A DNA stretch of 64,000 nt from Chrysomallon squamiferum (GCA_012295275.1 CM022671.1:1-64000); one strand, 5' to 3'; counted from the first letter of the stretch, positions 12,001-54,066 are shown. Notes: generated by a model from the letters alone, not told the origin. Numbers and translations: made by a program.

Positions 12001-14200
12001 GGCGAGTGTGGCAAAAACGTTTCCAACATTTACCAAAGGTGCTGCACCTTTTGAAAATGCGTTTGAAAAAAAAACGAGCAAATTTTCAAAAACATGTGCG
12101 TTTTTTTTGTGCACGTGTCGGAAACGAGTTGTTCCCCTTGGGTGGGGCGTGCGGCACTTTTGACCCGTGTCGGGCAACCCTTGCCCCACTTTTGGGTATG
12201 TGCGCCCGATTTTTCCCACGTGCTCGGAAAAAGTTATTGCACTTTGAAAAAGGTACCCCTAGCATTTTCAACGAATTGAAAAATTCGATTTTCAAAAGTT
12301 GAAAATCCGTGTGGCACTATTCCGTTTGGTCGGGAAAAATATTTCGACGTGTGCAAAAGGTGCGCGCCGTCGGGGCGAGTGTGGCAAAAACGTTTCCAAC
12401 ATTTACCAAAGGTGCTGCACCTTTTGAAAATGCGTTTGAAAAAAAAACGAGCAAATTTTCAAAAACATGTGCGTTTTTTGTGCACGTGTCGGAAACGAGT
12501 TGTTCCCCTTGGGTGGGGCGTGCGGCACTTTTGACCCGTGTCGGGCAACCCTTGCCCCACTTTTGGGTATGTGCGCCCGATTTTTCCCACGTGCTCGGAA
12601 AAAGTTATTGCACTTTGAAAAAGGTACCCCTAGCATTTTCAACGAAACTTGAAAAAATTCGATTTTCAAAAGTTGAAAATCCGTGTGGCACTATTCCGTT
12701 TGGTCGGGAAAAATATTTCGACGTGTGCAAAACGTGCGCGCCGTCGGGGCGAGTGTGGCAAAAACGTTTCCAACATTTACCAAAGGTGCTGCACCTTTTG
12801 AAAATGCGTTTGAAAAAAAAACGAGCAAATTTTCAAAAACATGTGCGTTTTTTTGCGCACGTTTCGGAAACGAGTTGTTCCCCTTGGGTGGGGCGTGCGG
12901 CACTTTTGACCCGTGTCGGGCAACCCTTGCCCCACTTTTGGGTATGTGCGCCCGATTTTTCCCACGTGCTCGGAAAAGTTATTGCACTTTGAAAAAAGGT
13001 ACCCCTAGCATTTTCAACGAAACTTGAAAAAATTCGATTTTCAAAAGTTGAAAATCCGTGTGGCACTATTCCGTTTGGTCGGGAAAAATATTTCGACGTG
13101 TGCAAAAGGTGCGCGCCGTCGGGGCGAGTGTGGCAAAAACGTTTCCAACATTTACCAAAGGTGCTGCACCTTTTGAAAATGCGTTTGAAAAAAAAACGAG
13201 CAAATTTTCAAAAACATGTGCGTTTTTTGTGCACGTGTCGGAAACGAGTTGTTCCCCTTGGGTGGGGCGTGCGGCACTTTTGACCCGTGTCGGGCAACCC
13301 TTGCCCCACTTTTGGGTATGTGCGCCCGATTTTTCCCACGTGCTCGGAAAAAGTTATTGCACTTTGAAAAAGGTACCCCTAGCATTTTCAACGAAACTTG
13401 AAAAAATTCGATTTTCAAAAGTTGAAAATCCGTGTGGCACTATTCCGTTTGGTCGGGAAAAATATTTCGACGTGTGCAAAAGGTGCGCGCCGTCGGGGCG
13501 AGTGTGGCAAAAACGTTTCCAACATTTACCAAAGGTGCTGCACCTTTTGAAAATGCGTTTGAAAAAAAAACGAGCAAATTTTCAAAAACATGTGCGTTTT
13601 TTGTGCACGTTTCGGAAACGAGTTGTTCCCCTTGGGTGGGGCGTGCGGCACTTTTGACCCGTGTCGGGCAACCCTTGCCCCACTTTTGGGTATGTGCGCC
13701 CGATTTTTCCCACGTGCTCGGAAAAAGTTATTGCACTTTGAAAAAGGTACCCCTAGCATTTTCAACGAAACTTGAAAAAATTCGATTTTCAAAAGTTGAA
13801 AATCCGTGTGGCACTATTCCGTTTGGTCGGGAAAAATATTTCGACGTGTGCAAAAGGTGCGCGCCGTCGGGGCGAGTGTGGCAAAAACGTTTCCAACATT
13901 TACCAAAGGTGCTGCACCTTTTGAAAATGCGTTTGAAAAAAAAAACGAGCAAATTTTCAAAAACATGTGCGTTTTTTGTGCACGTGTCGGAAACGAGTTG
14001 TTCCCCTTGGGTGATGGCGCGGCGGCACTTTTTCCCCGTGTCGGGCAACCCTTGTCCCCACTTTTGGGTATGTGCCCCGATTTTTAACCTCGGAAAAAGT
14101 TATTGCACTTTGAAAACCCTAACCCTAACCCTAACCCAACGAAACCTAAAAAACCCGATTTTCAAAACCTGAAAAACCCTGTAACCCTATTCCGTTTGGT
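1..14200. repeat. Tandem satellite array, 374-bp monomer, about 38 copies, truncated by the window start
   Basis: The same monomer recurs head-to-tail (…aacttgaaaaaattcgattttcaaaagttgaaaatccgtgtggcac…ggtacccctagcattttcaacg). Equivalent ORF starts at 12309, 12683, 13058, 13432 and 13806 give a period of 374-375 bp. It is much richer in GC and CpG than the rest of the window. Confidence 0.98.
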
Positions 14201-14206
14201 CCCTAA
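14117..14206. repeat. Telomeric (CCCTAA)n repeats interleaved with the last satellite monomer
   Basis: ccctaaccctaaccctaaccc at 14117-14137, then acctaa, aaccc, aacct, aaccct, taaccct and ccctaa (14201-14206) replace satellite bases in register. TTAGGG/CCCTAA is the ancestral metazoan telomere repeat. Confidence 0.8.
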
Positions 14207-14213
14207 AAATAAC

Positions 14214-14282
14214 TGCTCGTTTCTTTTTCACATGCATTTAAAATATGTTGCGCACCTTCTGTAAATGTTGGATACGTTTTTG
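14214..14282 (-). repeat. Inverted, diverged ~70-bp fragment of the 374-bp satellite
   Basis: tgctcgtttctttttcacatgcattt…gcaccttctgtaaatgttggatacgtttttg aligns to the reverse complement of the monomer segment caaaaacgtttccaacatttaccaaaggtgc…aaatgcgtttgaaaaaaaaacgagca at about 58/70 positions by hand. Confidence 0.85.
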
Positions 14283-14956
14283 TCCTCTCATTTTCTCTGC
14301 TTCAGTATACTGAAGTTTTTGTTCATCTTAAAGAGTAACATTATCTTGAAGTTTGATTTTGCAAATATCCTTGAAACTAAATATTATACGTACATTAAAA
14401 ATGTCCGACATACAACATCCCCAAACACAAACTACACAAGTTCGTTGTCGATAATACTCTTTAATTTTTAATGTAGCATAATATTACAGAAATGTACAAT
14501 ATAACGTATAGAGTTGCCAAAACATCTTTCTTACGAAATATATGTTCTCTCTTCTCCCTTCAACTAACTTTCACTCCTGAAACATTGAACACATTACACA
14601 CACCTGATCAGTATTGGCAGATCATTACTGTCATGGGTTTTTATGATAGTCACAGTGGCATTCTTTACCATATATTAATGTCCAAGAGTGTTGGAGGAAT
14701 TTCCCAATTACCTTGAATATAAAGGAAGAGAAATAAACCTCAGACACCTTAGTGGTGTTTATGTAAGTTTAGTAAACCAGAGATTGTGCTTTAGTTGAAT
14801 CCCTCACTTACACTTGTATTAAAACGCTACATTACTATACTTTGTTGATAATAAAGTATTATTACAAAATTTATATAGCTCACGAAGCCCAACAATTTCA
14901 CTTTGATCACCATGTTGTTGCTATTTTGTTTCTTTTTTAAATGTTGAAAGAAGAAG

Positions 14957-15046
14957 AAATTATAGATTTAGTAAATTGTATTTTTGATAAATGTCAAATG
15001 AAATTATAGATTTAGTAAATTGTATTTTTGATAAATGTCAAATGAA
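14957..15046. repeat. Direct tandem duplication, 44 bp x2
   Basis: gaaattatagatttagtaaattgtatttttgataaatgtcaaat occurs twice back to back. Confidence 0.9.
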
Positions 15047-15959
15047 ACAGATGTCTTCTGAGCTCTATAAAGATGAATTTCACGGGAAAATATACAGTTT
15101 ACAATCTATAGTCCATGAAAAACTAAAATGGACCTAAGCCCAAATCAGTCTTATAGCATAAGATTAATATGTCACGATAACTTTTTATATCTGTCTTTCT
15201 AGCTATAGATTGTCTGTCTGTCTCTGTACGTATGTATTTATGATTGTATGTATGTATTAGGTATGTATGAATGTATGCATGTATGTATATATATATGTAT
15301 GTATCTATCTAATTATCTATTTATATCAATATTAATTTAATATATCTGATGGTTTGCTTGCTCCTATTTTACACTATGATTCAGAAGAAAGGGGAAATTT
15401 TTTATTGCAAAATGTTTAAGGATGTTCAAATAAAAATATTTGAACGTTTTTAAAATTAGGTTACCCAGACCTTGTTGCTGCTTGCGAAGGTCCACCATAA
15501 CCATTAAATCTTCAGGGCCCTCAAAATAAAGGCCCGCTATTGTTTTTATAGCTGCAAAGTAATAATAATAAACTGGACAACGCAAAACATATCCTTTTCC
15601 ATTACGGGATAATGTTTTAATGATTTGCTGCAGAAAATCATTAACAGGACGCGATCTCTGTATAATCATGTTTAAGACAGATGTCTTAATGATTCAGCTA
15701 CGTACAGTGATTACTAATAAACATACTCTATTTGAAATTAAATTTACTGTTAACGAAAAACTCTTGACCCTGACTCTGCCATTCTGGTGGCTTCCTGCAA
15801 GTCGCGCAAATTATGAAAAGCAATGTCAGAAATTGCCTTTTCTAAATAGCCCTTTAAAATAATAATTACAAAACCAGCAGGGGAGACCGTCGTAATGAAC
15901 ATAACAGACAAAATAACATTAGCCACTGGACCACAACTAGTTCACTAGTTGCATTGTCG

Positions 15960-16280
15960 CAAGTTCATTGAAGAAACGTTTGCAAGCATATGAGAAAATC
16001 TTGCGACGGAGCAACTGTCAAAATCGGCGATGGCTCTCATTAACAAGTATCCAAATTGACTTGGAGGTAAAACGAACTTCTCAACACGGAGTTTGACAAC
16101 TGATCCGGGTGCTTCTCAGATGACGCAGCTGAAGATCAGAACTACACGGCGACGCATTGGAGCTGCTCTTGTACAAACTCATCAAAGATCACAACTTGCA
16201 GTCATGTTTTCCTAATACTGAAATAATGCTACGCATGTATTTGTGTATGATGGTTTATTGTGGACCGGAGAGGCTTGTAA
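15960..16280 (+). mobile_element. Degenerate hAT transposase fragment (C-terminal dimerization region, ZMYM1-like)
   Basis: Translated pieces KKRLQAYEKI, QLSKSAMALINKYPN and LYKLIKDHNLQSCFPNTEIMLRMYLCMMVYCGPER resemble the hAT C-terminal FPNxxIxLRIYLxxxVxxxSxERSFS motif. The frame is broken. Confidence 0.65.
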
Positions 16281-16423
16281 AGTATGATATATACTTCTTA
16301 TATAGAAGAATCAGCCCCCAGTTTAAAAAAAAAAAAATAATAATAATAAAAAATGTTGATATGATCACTGACAACAACAACAATAATAATAAGAACTTCA
16401 CCACCAAACGTCACCATTACCAA

Positions 16424-16456
<33 letters not shown>

Positions 16457-16461
16457 AACTA

Positions 16462-16504
<43 letters not shown>

Positions 16505-16752
16505 TGATGATGATGATGAAAATTCTAACAAATATATGATTAGTAACAGGAACGTGCAATGGTTCACACGGAGCCAGATACAATAAAATGTCTAATACTG
16601 AAAGATAATAACATTACTGTTAATACTAATCTGAATCTGTCAGTTTATCAAATAAATAGTATGGCTTTGTACAGCGGCAGAGAGAATAAAAAATAATGTC
16701 ATAATAAATACACATGCGTACATACACGTACACTCGGTTTATACATGTGTTA

Positions 16753-16797
<45 letters not shown>

Positions 16798-18134
16798 GTT
16801 ATCTTTTTTCTTTTTTAAAAGAAGTGTGAACCCCCAAACACAAACACAAAACAACAACAAAAAGCTTAATATGAACTTCTGATGTTTTGATCCGTAAATC
16901 AACTTTTAAGATAATATACATTCCAGATATAAATTGTTCCTCTTCCCCATCCCCCTAAATGTATAGGCTACAAATCATAGCCTATGTTACTATGTTCGAC
17001 ACACTGCCCTGGTTTATCTGCTTATGTGATACGTGCTATGTGATGTATGTTTCTTTTATAGGAAGCAGCTTAAAAAAGTAATATTCTTAACTGTTTAATT
17101 AAAATGATTTCATAATCGATCATACTTTCTCGTTCATTTTGTCATTATGCAAGTAAATATGATTAAAAGCTAATAATCATTATTAATAAAATGTATGGTT
17201 AAACAATCTTTATTCGTTAAGATTAGAATTCTAAGAAATCTTTTGCACTTAGACATCATCTGATTACAGTGATCGGGACTTAGTAGCTAAGAGCGAATAT
17301 TTCTTGGTAACGATTTGCGTATTAATACAGTTTTATTATCATCTTTTTTTTCTGTTTTTCTTTTTTGTTTCTTATTCCAAAATCATAACAATTCATAAGA
17401 CAAACAACTGATCATATTAATTTTGTACTATCTGCATGATAATTTTTTATTAATGATTATTTTATACATCACCGATAAGTTACGGGCTATATTCCTTACA
17501 GTGCCCGTTAACGGAAGGCGCAAATAATAAACTGACAGTTGTTGTTTGGTGTCTGTTTCGTTAGAAGAAAGGTGCTCGTTGTTTTGCACCTGTTTTGTAT
17601 CAAGAGTATAGACATTTTCAGCAACATAAATCATGACTGAGTATTATTTAAATGTATACAGAAAATGCAAAATGTGGAAAATTTCATTAATGTTCTGAGG
17701 TGATGGAAAGTAGCATCTGCTTCTCGGTCGCCTAATTTTGTTTTATAATTAATATGATATCGTGTTACTCTGAAGTGTCAAATGTGCAACTGTATTTTTA
17801 GATTGAAGATACTCACAGTATCATGAGTATGAGTATCATTAGCATCTATTTTTAAAACCTCTGTTTTTGTTTATTAATGATAAACTACAGATAATTAATT
17901 TGTGCACCTAAAGCAATATGCCACATTTGGATAGTTTACTGGTACCAGTACTGAAATTGTTTGCATTTGATCACTTCCATTTAATCATTAATGACAGTTA
18001 ATTCAAGGCTGTCAACCGAAGATTCTATTATGTAAAGATACACAGTTTCAGCAGTTACATTTATTAGAACTAATAATATTCAGGAGATGTTTCGTCATTT
18101 TTAATGTGACAACAGAACGATACTAAACCTAAAG

Positions 18135-47931
<29,797 letters not shown>

Positions 47932-47954
47932 CTGTTCTCATAAAGCATATCACA

Positions 47955-49004
47955 TACAATGTGTTCTCAGTCTCACATATATGTTCTCAGTCAAACATAA
48001 AATAAGTTCTCAATATGTTCTCAGCTACATAAAGTATGTGTTCTTGGTTACATATAAAGTATGTGTTCAGTGACACATAAAAAAAATATTGTCAATAGCA
48101 TATAAAGTATGTGTTCAGTGACACAAAAAAAATATTGTCAGTAACATAAAGTATGTGTTCAGTGACACATAAAACATATTGTCAGTAACATAAAGTATGT
48201 GTTCAGTGACACATAAAAAAAATATTGTCAGTGACACAAAAAAAAATATTGTCATAACATAAAGTATGTGTTCAGTGACACATAAAAAATATTGTCAATA
48301 GCATAAAGTATGTGTTCAGTATATTGTCAGTAACATAAAGTATGTGTTCAGTGACACATAAAACATATTGTCAGTAACATATAAAGTATGTGTTCAGTGA
48401 CACATAAAACATATTGTCAGTAACATATAAAGTATGTGTTCAGTGACACATAAAACATATTGTCAGTAACATATAAAGTATGTGTTCAGTGACACATAAA
48501 ACCAATATTGTCAGTAACATATAAAGTATGTGTTCAGTGACACATAAAATATATTGTCAGTAACATATAAAGTATGTGTTCAGTGACACATAAAACCAAT
48601 ATTGTCAGTAACATAAAGTATGTGTTCAGTGACACATAAAACGTATTGTCAGTAACATAAAGTATGTGTTCAGTGACACATAAAACATATTGTCAGTAAC
48701 ATATAAAGTATGTGTTCAGTGACACATAAAACATATTGTCAGTAACATATAAAGTATGTGTTCAGTGACACATAAAACATATTGTCGGTAACATATAAAG
48801 TATGTGTTCAGTGACACATAAAACCAATATTGTCAGTAACATATAAAGTATGTGTTCAGTGACACATAAAATATATTGTCAGTAACATATAAAGTATGTG
48901 TTCAGTGACACATAAAACCAATATTGTCAGTAACATAAAGTATGTGTTCAGTGACAAATAAAACCAATATTGTCAGTAACATATAAAGTATGTGTTCAGT
49001 GACA
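47955..49004. repeat. Minisatellite with a ~41-44-bp dimeric unit, about 22 copies, just 3' of the SUR stop codon
   Basis: The unit ataaagtatgtgttcagtgacac-ataaaacatattgtcagtaacat is regular from ~48046. Degenerate ~21-bp monomers lie upstream. Confidence 0.95.
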
Positions 49005-52000
49005 TACATCAGTAAGTTTACATGAGAGTACAATTCATTATGTTCTCATGAACATATTTCTTTTTCTTTCACATAAAACTAAAATAGTAAAGTTCTAAGC
49101 TGGTGCTTTCATAATACTAGATTACAGACTTGGATAGAGATGTTTTATTCAGTGAGCTGTCTGCAAGAAACAAGAGTTAATCATTTGAAAGATGAATAAG
49201 AAGATAAAATCATAAATTTGTGTTATTACTTAAAAGAACTATTTGAGTATTTAATAGAATGTGATATAAAGGAATACTGCATTAGCAGAATAAGTCATAA
49301 AGGAGCTGCTGGAGTAAATTACTCAACAGACTGAATTGAAAAAGGAGCTGGTCATAAAAGCTTCACTGAAAAAAATGAGTGATAAAGAAATTAGGTGAAT
49401 ACTTTGTAAACACAATAAGAATTAAAACACGAGTTTTTACAGAAACAGAGTTTAAAGATTTAGTTGAGTATTTGATTGAGAATCATACATGAGTTGATTT
49501 TTTTTATTGACAAAATGAGTCATAAAGGAGCTAAACAAAACAAATATTTCAGAGATAGTCAGTCAGAGAGGAGCTGAGTATTCAACTTAGTGAGTCAAAG
49601 AATACACTAGCCTCGTGCAAAACATCTGTAAACAAAATGAGCTGATCATGTACTTCAGTAACAAAATGAGTCGAGAAAATTCTCTTTGTGCTCAGTCTTA
49701 GGAGCTTGCCAAGTATTTAAATGAATAAATGTATCATCACCAAAATTTTGTTTGAAATACATAATAAATAAAATTGTAATGTAAAGAATCGTGCAACTTA
49801 CGTTACTGACAAAATAAAAATAATATAATATATAGTAGTTTTGAAAGAGCCACTTGAATTATTCATTAACAAGTGAATAACACAGGAGTTAATGATTCTT
49901 GAAGGAGACCTTTGTTTCATTAACAAATTTGTTGAAGGAGTCAACTTAGCATTTAATTAACTAGCTGAATCATGAAATATTTAACAAAATGTGTTTATAA
50001 AGAAGCCAGATGAACATTTTGTTACCAAAGTGTGAAATAACTCGGGGAAACACATTAATGAAATGTATGAAGAAAAAAAGCATATCTTTAAATTTTCTTT
50101 TATTATTATTTTTAAAATTTATTTTATTTTTATTTTAATGTTTTGATGTTGTCACAGAAAGATAAAATGACATGATAACCTCAAGATCCAATAAAAATGG
50201 ACAAGTTAACAGTTATAAAATATTAAAATCTGTAATTTTAAACTGCATGTTAGATGATAATGTTATAGCTATGAGTCATGAAATCTATAAATTAATATTT
50301 TAAATAACAGATTCTAAAATGTACTTCTGACAAAAAAAGATAAAAACTGTTGATGATATTTTAAGTTGTATTCAAAGTGTAGATTAAAAAGTGCTCAGGT
50401 ATATAGTTATGGAATTTAGAAAGAACCTTTTCAAATAAAGATGTATTAAGGAGACAGCCTTTATGAGATTACATGATAGAGCAGTAGTTGTAAGTTATGT
50501 TTAAATAGAAGTTCATGTGGATGAAATTGTCTTTTTCAATGTATTTTATACACATCTTTTCAGTATCAGTTTTATGGATGAAAAATTCATAAGCATATTT
50601 AAATGATACATGTTTAAAATGCAAATTAAATGCAGTTCTATATTTACATAGATTATTTATAAGATATAAAAATCTGCTTTTGCAACATATGGATGAAAGT
50701 TTATAACAAAATTTCATGACATATTTTCAAAATAGATATTAAATGACAGTGCTATACTGAAATATATTATTTATTTGATGTATAACTTACATAAACTGAT
50801 CTTGCAACATTATGGATGAAAATTTCACAACCAAATTTAGTAATCCATCTTCAAAATGTGTACTAAGTTACAGTTATACATTATTTATGGAGATGTGTAA
50901 TTTTCATAATTGTTGCATCAGTGTGTTGATAAAGTGTTGAGCTGCATATTCAAAGAGAAAATTAATTCATGGGTTTTTTGCTTATGAATTATTTATGATA
51001 GATTTTTAAATGTTTCCTTCAAGACAGATCTGGGGATGACTATTTTATTTTAAAATCTCTCACTGCTTAATAATACATTTAATCTGTTACAGATTTAAAA
51101 TGGAAAATTTCAGTGACATTTTAAAAGTAATTATTGTGGCTCAGTTAAGGATTTTTACGAAACATTAAATACAGACACGCTGTTTTTTCCCCTATGATTT
51201 GATGTATGTTTACTCTGTTTGTGGTTGTTATTTTTTCATAATAGATGTAATATTAAGAATATTTTATAGGCCTAACTTTGATATTAGAACATTTGAAATG
51301 TTTTTTTTTTTTTATATTAGGAATATTTTAAATAACATGAACAACATTTTAAATGTACTGTAGTGAATCCATCTATGATAAGCCTGAAATAATTACAAAT
51401 CATAACATTACTTCTGATTTATCCGCAAAATTATCACAGAGTATTCTTGGTTATAATATACAAGATCTGAAATCTTGCCCTACATAGGTATTTTCATAAC
51501 CCACTGTATGTAAACATGTTAGCAATGATTTTGTTTGTATTAAGATATTTTATATCAGTATTTTATTTTTTTAAATATTTGTGAGCTTGTATGTATATTT
51601 GAAAATACGATTGAATTAAGGCCCTACAAAAGGAATATATGTTTCAAACTGATATTACCTATCATCATTCAGAATCATTGAAATCATTGTACTGTTGTTG
51701 TGGATTAGATGTTTTTTCATTTTTATATAATATATATTTAGAGGTTAGTTATTACTGGTATATATATGAATGTACATGCAATACACATGTATGTGAAAAT
51801 ATGTAAAGTGTCTGTCTCTGTTGTGTGTGTCTCACATGCACGTTTAATATCTCCACACCCAACCACACCTACACACGTACACGTACCCATTGTTTATCTT
51901 ACAGAGCTTGTTTCTGAAGAAATCTGTACATTCACCGATTTTATATTTAATCATATTACCCTATTAAATCTATTGTATTATTTATAACCTACATTAAGTA

Positions 52001-53267
52001 CCAACATCTGCTAGACAACAAAGTCAAAATATTTAATATATAAAAATGCCAAAGAAAAATATTTTAAAAAAGAAAGATAATAAGATGTATTTTTGTGTTC
52101 AAAGCTGAAAACAAAATTAAAATTATTAATGCTAAGCTGTGAGACTAATGTAGAATTGTGATTAAACATGTCAAAACAGTTAATATATGAGCATGTCAAA
52201 GATAAATATTGTTTTTAAAAAGATAACATTTAGTAATGCATACTAGTATATTTTTGTTCAAAGATGGAAAAAAAACAACCAAAAAACCCCCCAAAAAACA
52301 TTAAGATTATTAATGCTAATATGGATTTATGGTATTAATGCATACTTTTGATGGTATTTAATACTTTTAGGAAATTGCATTAATTATTGATTTTCTGTTA
52401 GTTACAGGATTTATGTTTTTGTCACCAATCTTTATTAATAAAGAAGTATTACAATAGAATTACAAGTCATATGAGATGCATAGATAAAGCTATTTTAAAA
52501 AATATTTCTTTTTATTAACATATTTTGACTTCTTCAAACATGAGACACTGGTACTAATAAAGAACTTGTCATACTTTATCATTAGCAAAGATTGGTAGAA
52601 AGAATCAAATATAATAACTAATTGGATAAAACTAAAATGTATTTAGGCTGTTGACAGTATCCCAAACAAAAGCAGTTTTCTTTTGAAATAATATGAGATA
52701 TAAATGACAATGACTAAAAGTCTTGTGTATGTATCGTGTGTGTGTGAGAGAGATTACAGTAATGCAGGCTAAGTGTAGGTAAATACAAATAATTATCTTG
52801 CAATGTAGTATTAAAATCCTGGGACTATTTAATAATTATTATATATGTGCCATAAACTTAATAAAATCTGGTGTCTGTTTCTGTTTACAGATATAAACGT
52901 AGCCAGCATCAGCCCAAGGTGATGTAAATGTGATAGCTGGGTGTAGTTTGTTTTACAGTTTATTTCTTATATCATTATACAGTGTGTTAACAAAGACTTA
53001 AAATAATCGATCAGTATTTGTTACTGTATTATCTGAATATACATGGTATTAGCTTTCCACAGTAAAATCTGTGCAAAAGTAATAAACAACAGTCATTCAG
53101 TAATCAAGGTAAATCTATAAAATACTTTAATTTAAAAAAACAGGGATTTTTAAGCAGTTTATAATCCAGGTGAATGTGCTGTGTAATATCATTCTGATGT
53201 CTTCAGTTCATGTTTTATTTGTTGTAAAATAACCCCTGCCAGATACAGTTTGTCATGATTATTATTA

Positions 53268-53308
<41 letters not shown>

Positions 53309-53507
53309 GATCAGTGTTTTACATCTCAAATTATAGTAGTGTTGAACAAACAGATTAAGGTATTTACATTTTACAAATAATGTTTATTCCATTTGTTATT
53401 ACTTTGTAATAACCTGTTTTGGTTCAACAAATTTTCACAATGACATTTGACTGAGAATAAACCAAAAATAAAAAAAACTCACAAGAAATAACCATAATTA
53501 AAAAAAA

Positions 53508-53553
<46 letters not shown>

Positions 53554-53906
53554 TATGAAAAAATATGAAAGTAAATAAAAATGTTATAAAAAAAAATAAA
53601 TAACAAAAAACACTTCATAATGCCTAATCTGAGTTTTGTGAATTCAAAAATTAAATTTAGATTTATATGTATCAAAATGTTTGTACATTATAAAAAAGTG
53701 AAGGCACTACAAACTACAACCCATTGTAAGAATATGACTTAATTTTAAAAATGAAAAAAGTGGCTGATTGAAATAATTTTAATGTATTAAAATTTATTTA
53801 TAAACTTTAACAAAACCACATCAGTTTTTTTTAGTTTTTTATGGTATACATTTTTATGTGCAATATATTTATGAGTCATATATTTGGAATTTACTGTTAA
53901 TTTTAA

Positions 53907-54066
53907 AAACAATTTTATATGATTAATAACTATACAGTGAATATAAACAATTTTATATGATTAATAACTATACAGTGAATATAAACTATTTTATATGATT
54001 AATAACTATACAGTGAATATAAACTATTTTATATGATTAATAACTATACAGTGAATATAAACTATT
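53907..54066. repeat. 38-bp tandem repeat, about 4 copies
   Basis: aaac(a/t)attttatatgattaataactatacagtgaatat at 53907, 53945, 53983 and 54021. Confidence 0.93.

Noticed and set aside
15-14172. More than 150 ORFs of 60-306 aa in all six frames
   Set aside because: They are translations of a stop-poor satellite. Frames shift at homopolymers and no protein motif is present.
1-14200. CRISPR array, or tandem rRNA/tRNA/snRNA gene cluster
   Set aside because: There are no unique spacers and the context is eukaryotic. I recognise no 5S, tRNA or snRNA sequence in the monomer, although a covariance-model search was not possible.
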